Positions 25,221 through 36,226 of a DNA stretch of 64,000 bases are shown here, piece by piece. Source of the DNA: Lepidodermella squamata (taxonomy: Eukaryota; Animalia; Gastrotricha); NCBI GenBank assembly GCA_047495785.1, contig JBLDXI010000059.1:329601-393600 (forward strand), written 5' to 3'. Position 1 is the first letter of the stretch. Each line of letters begins with the position of its first letter. The position numbers and the translations under genes were made by a program. The notes under the pieces were generated by a model. It was given only the letters and a program-made list of their open reading frames with translations, was not told the origin of the DNA and made no database searches.

Positions 25221-27295
25221 GTGATTGCGCCACGGCTTGAACAGCATTAATAAGCTGTGGTAAAAATCCTCTTTTCGTTTGGACAGGCTATAGATTCTGT
25301 GTTGAATATACCACGGCGTTTTTGGCTTTTTTACAAATTCGTACTGACGCTGAGCTAGTGGCAAGTTTTCACTGCCAGCCACAGGCTTACGGTCGTACCA
25401 TGATGCTAGTTCGTACAAGCTCATGTTATCGAACGTATCATCACACGGCCGATTTGGATAATACGTATCTACCAAGTTGGTCGCAAAATAGTCGACGCTA
25501 TTCGGGTCTCGTTCTACCAGCTTGCACACTTGTTCGTATTGCTTTACGCGCCGCGATCGTTCACGTGACACATTGAGGTGGCGCACTTGGAATGTCGGCG
25601 AAAATGTGTACTGCGACTTTTTCAAGAAATAACTCGCAGCTGTCATTATGTTTGTCTCTTGGCATGAAAGAAATGACCCTGCCTCGCGCCACATTGCACC
25701 GAAACGGTTTTTACTCGCCGCCTGTGAACGCTGTCTGCGCAACGCCTCATCGCTAGTAGTAGTATTAGTATCATGATCGGTGGCACCACCACCACTACTT
25801 TTGCTTGGTGCATCGAAATTGGTAGCATTCGCAACTGGTTGCTGTGTTTCACCTTCGCCGCCGTGCATGTTAGCTAGTCGTGAAGCGTTCAGCATAGCGC
25901 GATGCTTCATGCTCATGCGATTTGGCTTTGTGCTATATCCAACGGTTACATAGTGGCACAGATTTTTGCTCTGAGTTGCTACGTATTGCACATCTAGGTT
26001 ACCAGTGTGCATAAGCAAATACAGCGAATTGTAATCGTTGATGCGGCATTCATTTTTGGCTCGCGGAAGCTCGTATGCTCGTGTCTTTGCGTCGCGCTTT
26101 GAACTTTGCATTGCGCCATATTTTTTAATCATGCGCCTATAAGCTGTTGCTTTTGCGATGTTATTGCGCTGGAATTTTTTCTTGCTTTCCTAGGAAAAGC
26201 AAACCGGCACTTGCGGCGATACCGAACGCCATTTCTGCCTGTCGTAAATGGGCTACAATAACTATTACAATTATGTCGCTGATAGCGTGCAACTTTTTCG
26301 TACAATTCAGGCGAGATTTTTTTATCAGGCAGCTCGCAAGTGATTGCCTTTGTTATGAATTCTGCTACTTTTTCAGGCTCATCTTTGTCGAGCAGCGGCG
26401 CGTTTTCACACCACAAAGTTATGTGAAAATGCGGAATTCCTCGCTGCTGTTCTTCCATTCGTACAAAGTAATGCAATATTTTACCGCCTAATGCTTTCGC
26501 CGCTGTTTCATGTACAAATTGGAACCAAGCTTGAAATCGCACGTGTATAAATTCGCAAGTAGTAAACGGGTCCATAGCTAAGTTTTGATAGGTTTTTACC
26601 CGCATGCTCGGGATTTTTCTCCCTCAAGTAATCGTGCAGATCGCGTATGTCATATTCTGACGGGTTGTAAGTCATGAAAAATGTAGCAGGGCCTAAACAC
26701 CTTAGTATGAGCTTTAATCGTTCACGCACCGAGTACCAATACTCTTGTGTTGATGGCAGCTTTGAAAATACCGTGCTCATTCGCGCACCTAGTGTCTCTT
26801 CTTCAACGGCAGCCAAATATTCTTTGGCTGTTAGCTTGTTAGGGCCGCTTGCTACTTGGGTATTGACAACTTGAAAAATGCCCGAACGAACGCATCTTTT
26901 CAAGTACTCGTTGTAATGATAGAAAATGAATGGAATTGATAGTCGGAAGCGATTGACATCTGCCAGCTGTAGCAGATGCCTAACGTAGTCAGCTTCACGA
27001 ATATGCTTTCGGCGAGAATTTCGAACCATTGTAGCGTAGCACTGTTCACTGGCGACGTGGATGTTTTTTCTATCTGGTATAATCGTTCCGAAATGCCACT
27101 CATGCGACAGCTGTGCATTGGTACAAGGCAATATTGCTCGTAATATTTGGCATCTTTAGCGAGATCTATTTTCCGCAAAATTGACTCACCGCTGTTATTT
27201 TCTGCGCCTATCACATCGCTGTATTTCTTCCATGTTTTTACTACGCTTTTTGCGCCGTCGTTTCTTTTTACGGCCGCCCTCATTCTTACTTGCAC
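25203..27295 (-). pseudogene. Helitron HUH Rep domain, frameshifted
   Basis: Motif I LGPATFFMTYNPSE, motif II YFVRMEEQQRGIPHFHITLW, YQRHNCNSYC..CRFAFPR, INDYN..GNLDVQYV, motif III HYVTVGYSTK, YYPNRP, LLMLFKPWRN. Confidence 0.9.
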
Positions 27296-30200
27296 TGCTG
27301 TTTTTACCTACTTTGTCATCATCATCATCATCATCATCATCAGCTGCTTCACTCGCTGAATTACCGCTGCTGGCAGACGCATCACTCTTATCGCTGCTGC
27401 TGTTGCTGTTACTGCTATGATGTTTTGTAACAAAATCTTCGTCATCATATTCTTGATACATTCGCGCATCTCCGCCTGGCAATTCATCTTCAATTTCGAA
27501 TATTACGCTATCTAGTAATGTTTTTGTTGGCAACCTCAAAATATTTCTCAGGTATGGATTAGCTCGCCGTGCGGCATTTATAGCCTCGCATAAATGTTTA
27601 AAGTTGGTCATATTTTCATATACTATTTTTCTGTCCTCTTTAGGAATAGAGCGCGTGAAAATGATCAGATATGGATCAAGTATATTATTAAGAAAATCTT
27701 GTCGCAACTTGTTTTTCAAATCGCCACTCTTGGCATTTGCAGTAGCTGCTCGACTGTTACGTATATTATTAGAATCTGGGTTGGCTATAACAAAAGGATT
27801 CCTAGTAAAGTCTGACGATGCAGAATTACAATCGGCATCACTTTCGGCTGCTGTGTCGTCTAGCAAGCGGTCAAAGTTTATTTCAAGATGATTTTCTAAC
27901 AACCTTTGATTTTCATTATTAATTCCTAATAAGCATTCGTCATTATCTTGCCCGCTTGATGTTTCTTGTTCAACGTCAAAGTTTTCCCACTTATTCCTGA
28001 AAAGGTGTTCGGCGAATACCTGGAAGGGCATCGGAAAATTCCACGCAATAAAGAAGCTGTGACAGTTCGAAATCACGGCTTTTCGAACTGCCACCATGTC
28101 AGTTATTTCAAAGCAGACTTAGAACTTGGAGATTTTTTGAATCAGAAAATATATTCAGCACTTGAACAGAGACAGATTAAATTTTCCAAAATGTTAGAGA
28201 TCGACTAAATTGTCGCTTTGTTGAATCTGTCCTTTTGTCGATGAGAATGGGGACATATTCAAAAGAGGCGGGACAACTTGTTTCATCTGTCCCTTACTTG
28301 TATCTGTCCCAGTGCTCTCGTCGAGAGGCGGGACAAATTTGAAGAAGAAAGGGACAAATACCAGCGAGAAAAGGACGCGTTATTTTGAACCGGGGCATTT
28401 ATTAGAGTGATCAACAGCGCTAATTGTTGATTCATTATCGCTGTCTTTACAAAAAATTATGTCGTCACCTTCATCCTGATCGCTTTGATCGCTTTGATCA
28501 GACCCTGCTGTTTCTACTTCTTGATCGTTATCTTCGCCCATTTCATCATTATCTTCTAATAACGCGGCGGATTTATCATCATCTACCCATGCATCGCTGT
28601 CGTCGTCATCGTCGCTGTCATCACTTGATTGATGCACGGCGGCTACTTGCTGCACTGCGCTATACTTTGTTCGGTTAAATTCGAGTAGTTCTTGGTAATA
28701 TATGTTCTCAGCTGGCTTATCGCGTGATTTTTGGCGAATTTTCGACAAACAAACTACTTGTTTGCAATTTTTAGCTTCTTTGCATGAAATGCATGTAAAA
28801 TAGCTCAAAGCTCGGCATCTGTTGTAGTAATTTATCATTTCTTGTCGAAAAGTTACGCGCAGCGCCTGCTCATTTACGGGCTGACGATTAGACAAATTAA
28901 CGCTACGAATAACGCCTGTCAGTTGCATCTTTTCGCTTATCAGACGATTGAGACCTTCGTTGCCGGCATCGTTGATCATTTTTTCTAAATTACCGATGCG
29001 CTTATTAAGCGAAATTAGCTTATATACACGGTTAACAATGGGGCCCAATTTTTTATAATAATGGCTAGAAATTGCTCGCAGTTTTAGTAGCATTGACGAG
29101 CAATAAGGCGCACAAGGTGAATAACAAATCTGCTTGTGGCCATGTGTTTGTTTTCTGCGGCGGCTTTTACTTTTGCGCGGCTTGTTACGCTTCGCTGCAC
29201 TACTAGCTTGCTCGTTCACGCAACCCTCAGCTCTTTCTTCATCAGTTTGATAAGTACATTTGTCAATGTTTTTCAAATATGCATGCAACTGTTGCCAATC
29301 GCTTATGGCATAGATTGATATTAAAAATTCTAGCATTACTAACCACGCGTCTGCCTCGAAAGGCATTACACATAGCTCCTTACAGCATTCCCAGCAAGCG
29401 ATTGGCGGTTTAGGCTCAACGCGTTTACTACGGCGCCCCATGTTGTTGTCCTTGCTATTTGAACGAGGCTCTAAGCGATAATTCGGATATATGCCGTGCA
29501 CCGCGCCGTTTTCGTCAATACTACAATAAATGCGAACAAATCTCTTCGTGGAGGCAAAATTGCTGCTTCCTGCACGGCCAATGGCGCATCGTTTTCAGCC
29601 ATCATCAGCATCATTGCTTCGTTTGACATAATATTATCAATGGTGGCGGTAGTAGTGCGCGATGGTATCATTGTGTCATAATTTGCTGGGTCAAACGGAT
29701 TGCGCTCATCCACTGTCTCTTCGCTACCATCTACGCTACAGTATTGTAAATGATTTAACGGCGTCGCAATTTCCGAATAAGGTGGTGGTGGTGGATCGTC
29801 ATTTTTAGCGACTTGGCGCGAGCGAAATATGCTCTTTCTCTCATCTTTCGGCAGGTAATCAAATTCGACACTCGCGCGGCTGCACTTATTAACACCGCCG
29901 CCGCCGCCATTTTCCCGTTCATACTGCTTAATTTTTGCGCAGAGGTGTTGATCGAGTGTATTTTGATAACAAAAGTATGGCTCTTGTGTTTGCCTGTGCA
30001 TGCTTTCGCCTAACAATGCCCTAATTTTATCCTCTTCATTTTCGACCGTAGTCGATAGCGGTATGGCTTGCCAAGCGATTTCTCGCAAATTGTTAGCTGC
30101 TTTTAGCTGTTGCTTCTTTAGCTCATGAAGCTCGTACAGGGTAGTTCGTGCTTGATTCTCGGCATCAAACTTGAACGTCGCTTCGCGTTGCTTTTTAGAA

Positions 30201-31871
30201 AGACGTGGCGTTGACACCGCGTTGTTTTTAATAGTCGGCGAGTTTTGCGAAATTTGCTCGTTGCCTAAAGCTACATGTTGTAATTGCAACAATTCACACG
30301 TTGTGTCACCCGCTATCATGGAAGCGCCACTGGAAGACTCCGGCAACAAAACGGCCGAGTTTTCTCGGTCGTCAGTTGTAACAACCGTGTCACGTGATGG
30401 AATGTCAGTTCTACTCGCCTGAGCTTCCGATTCATGTGTGCTATCAGCAGCAATAGCTACCTATATCTGATGGGCTGCCGCTCGTCAGCATTCTATTAGC
30501 CTTGTAGCCAAAGGTTCATGGTGAAATAATGTTCAAGCATTTATCACGGAGAACACCACGGCTGCTTTCACGGCGTTCTTTATCGGAGGCTGGTGATGAA
30601 GGAATAATATTCACACATTTATCACTGAGAACGCCAACGCTGCTATCACCGCTTTCTTTATTATTATAATTTTCTTGTCTCATTTCAACTTCATCTGCTG
30701 CGTTCGGCTCTGTCGGTTCAAAATATTCAAACACGCTAAAATTATCAGCTTCATTATCGTCCGGAAGTTTATCACAGGCGATACATGTGTCATCGTCATC
30801 ACTTTTACTTGTGTTTTCTGATTTTTTATTCTTCAAATCTTCTCTCATCCGATCGGTTAATTTTATTTGCAATTCTGACAATTTTTTCCGCATATCTCTA
30901 TTATAATTTCTGTTTTTTAATAGGCAAGTTTCATAAAAAGGAATTTTACGAAGCATCATAGCTTTCTCCACTACGGTGAGACTCTTGTCCTGCATGATGT
31001 CCTCAATTTTGCTGTGCCGCTCGTTTTGTCGTTTGCGCTTCCTTGCCACCTTGCTATGCGCTGATTTCACCGCCGCAGGGGAACTAGCCGGCTTGGGCTT
31101 GTCCTTGTCAGATGGCAATATCGTCGAGCTGTCGTTGTCATCACTCGAACAAGTGTCGAACAGAAAGTCGCTATCGTCATCCACCTCATCCTCATCTGTC
31201 ACGACGTGCCCGTCATTTTTACGGTTCGGTTTAACACTGCGTTTTTCATTTGTTTTTACGGCATCTTTCATTTTCTGACGCTTAGACGCTGATGCGCTGC
31301 CACAATAACGACGCCGTTTCGAAGCCGGCAGCGATTTCTTACCATGTTTAGCCGAGCGGCTGCTCTCATCTCGCACCGCATCTTCGCGTGATGATGACTC
31401 TACCGCGACGACGGCGATGCCATCACCATCATCATCATCATCGCTGTTATCGGCTTCATTCACAGCCGGCTCATAGCTGTCATTGTCACAATTTGACGCG
31501 AGAACACTGTACGGAGTTTCGTCTTCAATTAGATAGAGACCGGCCTCGATTAGATTGATCGTGTCTATCGATGTTCTGCCGCGACGTGTTTCGTTGTCGT
31601 TATTCGACGACGCCGGAATGCTACTAACCTTGGATGTCGCGCTGTTATCAGCGGTAGCACCGGTGTCTTTACGTTGCTTCCGACTACGGGTTGAACTGAC
31701 GACAAATTGAAAATCATCATCGGCGGCAGACTGACCGGTGCCAGCCTGTTGCTGATTACCTTCTTTATCAGCAGCTCTCTGGCGTTTCGTGTTCGCGCTA
31801 CTTGAGCTCACATCGCTCGGCTTGGTCGCCGATTTCTTCTCATTCTCTCGGCTTATGGCAGGATCACTCAT
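27195..31871 (-). pseudogene. Fragmented N-terminal region of the Helitron polyprotein (acidic/basic low complexity, CxxC motifs), with a ~320-bp non-coding insert near 28065-28392
   Basis: Abutting ORFs 30516-31871, 29471-30349, 28380-29501 (CWECC, FTCISC), 27195-28097; GGGACA-repeat insert. Confidence 0.55.
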
Positions 31872-31979
31872 CTTCGAGGGTCCTGAAAATGGCGGTCTGC
31901 TGCTGCTGCTGGTGACGCCGCCGGCGCCCGTTGAAAGCCCGCGAGGAAGCGCAGGTTGATACGCTCGGTTGTTCGCCGC

Positions 31980-34362
31980 CTACGAACTGGCGCTTTCGGC
32001 ATCCAAACGTTCGTACATGAACAAGTACGGCTGGGCGTCATACAGCCCGGTATTATCTTTATTCAGCCGAATGTTGTTATTGAAATCGACGACTACTGGC
32101 CGGTGGCTATCATCTGCTCGCCACCACAAGCCATCTCTGCGTCGCAAGTACACAAAGTAATGGCCGCTATGCATCGACCCGCCGCGATGGCAAATAACAC
32201 CTGACATGCGATATCGAACTCTGCTGCCATCACGCATGGGAAGGTAAAAGTACTCGTTAAAGTCCACCATTGCTGTGACTTTATATTCAATAGTGTTGAC
32301 AATTCTTTTGACGCCATTTGTTTCTTGGAAAATATCTCTTCTCATTGATCTTTTTTGTTGAATCAATAAATTTTCCGGGGCTTTCACAATTTTGAGTGCA
32401 TTTTTCAGCTTGCCACCGCATGCTAAACAAAAGCTAACTTTATCCGGGTAACACGGGTCTAAAATGGCGCGCAAGCTTTCGTCCATTGTTCGGTAATTCT
32501 TAGCTTTTACCTTCTCGCAGGCGTCAATCGCTACTGGAACTTGAATGTCATTGAAAATATTGCTAGGTGTTTGCACGGATTCACGGTTACACTGATCACA
32601 CACCGACACGCCAATTTGTTGCCCTGTAAAGCTGTTCAATTCCGAGCCTATCCAATCAGTGTCACCTAATAGGGCTGTTATTATGTCATGCACATCGTTC
32701 TGCTGCGATGGATCATATGTCAGACGGTCGGTGATGAGAGTTGCGAAGCCGTCACAAACGGGCGTTATATTAGGCGCCATGTCGCCAACAGAGTTGACAT
32801 AGCCCAGCACGAATTGGCGAAATGCTTGTCGCAAGCAAGTTTTGCGTTTCTCATTGTTATCGACAGTCAGTAAAGGCAGGCATGCCAAGCAAAAGCATTG
32901 ATTTGACTCGCAATACTTGCCCTTTACAACTTGTTCGACAAATCCTGGGCAATTTAACAGCAGTTGCACAACCGAAATGTCGCAACACTGAACGCTAGTG
33001 TTATTGCGCACAGGCAACAACTTTTGCGGTGTGTAATCAATACCTCTGCTGCTGCTGCTGCTGCTGCTGTGACTGTGATCATCTATAACACTGGCTGTGG
33101 CGTTATATGACGACGATGACGATGATGCTGCTGCTGCAGAGGAAGCCTGCTCATTTCGCTCAATTCTGTTAGCTCCAAAGCAATTATCGGCAACTCCTAT
33201 ATTACACGAGTTTACCTCAACAAAAACACCATTGACACGGGTAGTGCTCTCAGATGATTTTTTATTCGATTCAAAATTATTAATGTAATCATCATCATCA
33301 TAATCAAAATCACGATTAGGAGGCGCGTAAAAGACATCGCCATCAAGATACGGCAACTCGTCGTCATTTTCAGCATGAAAAATAATGCCGCCGCCACCGC
33401 AGTCGCCACTTTCCGTCATCACATTACTGCAGCTAGCATCAGACGGCGGTAAATCAATCAACGGCAAATCATCATCCTCATCATTGTTCAATATCGCAAC
33501 AGCCTCACGAGCGTTAGAACTAGCTAAACATTCCGGCTGCTGAGTGGCGCTCTCGGCGTTTCGCTCAGGCAGTTTTGGCAAGGCTGGCGATGCTGATGAT
33601 GATGATGTTAAAGGAAGATCTTCCGGCCCCATTGTGACAAACCTTAGAACGGGCTTGCTACCTGAAGCCTCTTCACGTTGAACAGGAGTCAGCATAAAAA
33701 CTTTCAATGCCTGTTCTTTGCTTTGGGCAATAGGTGCCTTCGAATTACATATGGCTAGTCCCAAATCGGCAAGTGTCAATCGAATACCCTCACTCGATGG
33801 ATTAGAAGGCAAACTAGCATGAGTGAGGTTTTGTTTAACCGCCTGCGCATAGCCTGAGATGCTAGTTGGCTGCGCTGGGAGACTGGCGGTAGCGTTTTGG
33901 ACGCAATTTTCGGCCACGTTTACAAATTCACCGCTGTTAGCCGCTGTTCCTGTTTCAGAAGCAACCGGAACAGAACTATGCATAGCGGCACCACCACTGC
34001 CCTTATGTGCATCAACATGACCGGCTTTTACACTTGCGGCTTGCGGGATTAGAACCACCGCCGCCGGCTAGCCCTTTGTGGATTTTTTTTTAAGAAACGA
34101 GCGCTTCTTTACTCTTACCAGAAGACGTGCGAGTTTTCGACAACTCGGCGTCAACTTCCTCCTTCCGCCAGAGAAACGCGCAAAGCGAAATTTTATGACT
34201 ATTTAAGTGATAGACACTCGCCAAACGCAACCTGTCATTATGACTTAAAAAACGCGACACGAAAATGCCTTCATACTTATTACTTATTATAACAGCGTCC
34301 GTAGTTTTTGGCGGAATATCCAAGAGTTCTGGCAACTTCAGTAGGTAAGTAGTACGACTCAT
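31980..34362 (-). CDS. Ubiquitin-specific protease (USP/peptidase C19) encoded by the Helitron; probable start at 34362 with a frameshift near 34085, ORF 31980-34058 uninterrupted
   Basis: Cys box RNNTSVQCCDISVVQLL (Cys 32985-32987), QQNDVHDII, CDQC..CLAC, APENLLIQQKR, YRMSGVICHRGGSMHSGHYFVY..WWRADDS, PYLFMYER. Confidence 0.85.
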
Positions 34363-35494
34363 TACCAAGATTAATGACGCTCAATACACCCTGAGACATT
34401 GCTGTTCAATCGATCAATAAATCAATCAGTAAAGCAATCAAGTAGCAATCTGGTTTAAAGAAGAGTGTTCTAAACACTGTATTTAGACCTGAATAAAAAC
34501 TAGCAGTAACACAACTACGCGCCTAGTTACTCGTGAACCTGTAAAAAAAAATAACCGATATGCGGCACAAAATTAGAAATATATCAATTATGCGGAAGTA
34601 TAACGTAAGTTGTAAGCTGAACAAATAGAATTCAGAAAGGAAATGACAATCTTCAAAAAGAATCAGTCAAATGGAGATACAATCGAGAAGCAAAAAGCAA
34701 ACTTTCAACAAGCACAAGTCAGCGAGAGTCAGCGAGAGGAACGCGTAACGGTTTTCTTTCGCCCCGCCGCGATGAGAGCCCCGAGAGCAAAAGCGAGGAA
34801 ATATTTTTATACCGCCAAAATAATTTAAAAAGTTTTGGAATAATAATTATAATGCAATTATAATTTTTAAATAATTATTTTTTAAAACAAATGTAGAAAT
34901 AGCTTCCTCACGGATCAGCCCTGAGAGCGCTTATAGAGCGAAATACAAAACGGCAGGGGGTACCTTCATTTTTAGAAAACCATGGAAAAATGTCCTTTGC
35001 GCGGCAACCCAAAAGTACAAGTTACCTGAGGAATTTTCCCAATTAACTTATACCATTAGATAGCTGAGATCATTAGCTAGCTGATGGTATAATTTTTTCT
35101 CGATATATCTCATTCCAAGGTCCTGGTCCTCGATCCTAAAGTTGGGTCATTTTTGGCGAAAAAATTTCTACCTGGCCCAAGTGTATATATAGGGGGTAGG
35201 GGGCAAACGGTGTGCCTCTTTTCTTTCATCCTGGGCTATGTCCCTTTCGCCGCTGTCCTTTCCAGACCCTCTCCATTCTTCGGAGGGCACTACCGTGCCC
35301 CCGCAATTTGTGGGCAGTAGGACAAGATATGTCTTTACCAAGGTCCGGAGTACTACACATTTCCAACGGTGATGTAACCATTGCTCTACTTTGTCTTTGC
35401 GATGTATTTATTGCGCTGTTTCCTTGAGAAGCATTCATTTTGGTTAGTATTTCTTCTAGGTTATTATAATATCGCTGCGTTGGTTTATTACAAC

Positions 35495-35998
35495 ATGAAC
35501 GTCATCATTTTATTGTCCTGTTTCATGAGCTTCGTAATCGATGTTTTGTCGACTTCAGCATCCAACATCATTTGTCGAAAATGTGGCTTGAATATAACTG
35601 ATTCCTCTTTGCTCTTCAATTTACCCTCGGATGTGGCTCGTGATGCCAGCGAGAAGCGCATGTATTACAAAAGTGACGTTTTGACTCAGTTATTTCGTAA
35701 CCCTCAAGGCAAATATTTCGAGCTTGTTACAACAACTCGAGCTAATCTGAAATGCAATAAGCATGCTTCTTCAGAGAATACATTCTTCGAAGGTTACGCC
35801 TGGACCCCCTGTGTTTGTCATCATTGCGGAGTATTCCATGGATGGCTTTTTACTTCGACGAAAGATCCTGAGGGCCACTGTGACGCTTCCAAGACGAAAA
35901 ATTGCGATGCTCCCACGGCTTTTTATGGTCTTGCGATTGATGATTTGGTTCATAAGTCTGATTATGATCTTCTAAAGGGCATCAAGCAGGACTTGTAA
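35495..35998 (+). CDS. Secreted single-domain CULT (cereblon thalidomide-binding domain-like) protein, 167 aa
   Basis: Hydrophobic N-terminus MNVIILLSCFMSFVIDVLS, CRKCG, FRNPQGKYFELVT, TFFEGYAWTPCVCHHCGVFHGWLF, FYGL. Confidence 0.85.
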   Translation: MNVIILLSCFMSFVIDVLSTSASNIICRKCGLNITDSSLLFNLPSDVARDASEKRMYYKSDVLTQLFRNPQGKYFELVTTTRANLKCNKHASSENTFFEGYAWTPCVCHHCGVFHGWLFTSTKDPEGHCDASKTKNCDAPTAFYGLAIDDLVHKSDYDLLKGIKQDL

Positions 35999-36226
35999 CC
36001 GTCGAAATTTGCGAACAAATACCTATGAAGTGCATCTCTTGCATATTTGAAAGCTTTCAATTTACATTAACTGTGACTATCATTGCTTCAAAATTTTGTT
36101 TATTGTTCATTCTTCAAATCCATTCTGGACGCACATTTCGCGCGGAAGTTTTTCTATAAAATATTTATCTTCTCAACTTTCCACTTTTTTAGATTGTTTT
36201 TAGCGTTCAGTGTTGAATAACCGGCC

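Larger units (their letters stand above)
19175..34400 (-). mobile_element. Large decayed Helitron2/Helentron-type rolling-circle transposon carrying USP and pseudo-USP domains (termini not located; coordinates are the coding span)
   Basis: Collinear minus-strand ORF fragments: USP, N-terminal CxxC region, HUH Rep motifs, PIF1 helicase, pseudo-USP; no AP endonuclease seen. Confidence 0.85.

Noticed and set aside
21675-34058. Interpretation as an endogenous virus or Maverick/Polinton
   Set aside because: No PolB, integrase, capsid or packaging ATPase seen; Rep and PIF1 motifs are Helitron-type.
34400-35210. Candidate Helitron 5' terminus/subterminal inverted repeat
   Set aside because: No matching subTIR or 3' hairpin found at 17-19 kb; 34940-35190 looks like a separate MITE fragment.
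35205-35430. GVPLFFHPG..PFQTLSIL peptide resembling an amidohydrolase/PTER motif
   Set aside because: Too short, with no supporting exons or further motifs.
4329-35998. Apparent ubiquitin-system cluster (WDR26/CTLH, USP, cereblon-like, OTU)
   Set aside because: The DUBs lie in transposons and the CULT protein is secreted and lacks the DDB1-binding region; proximity is probably coincidental.
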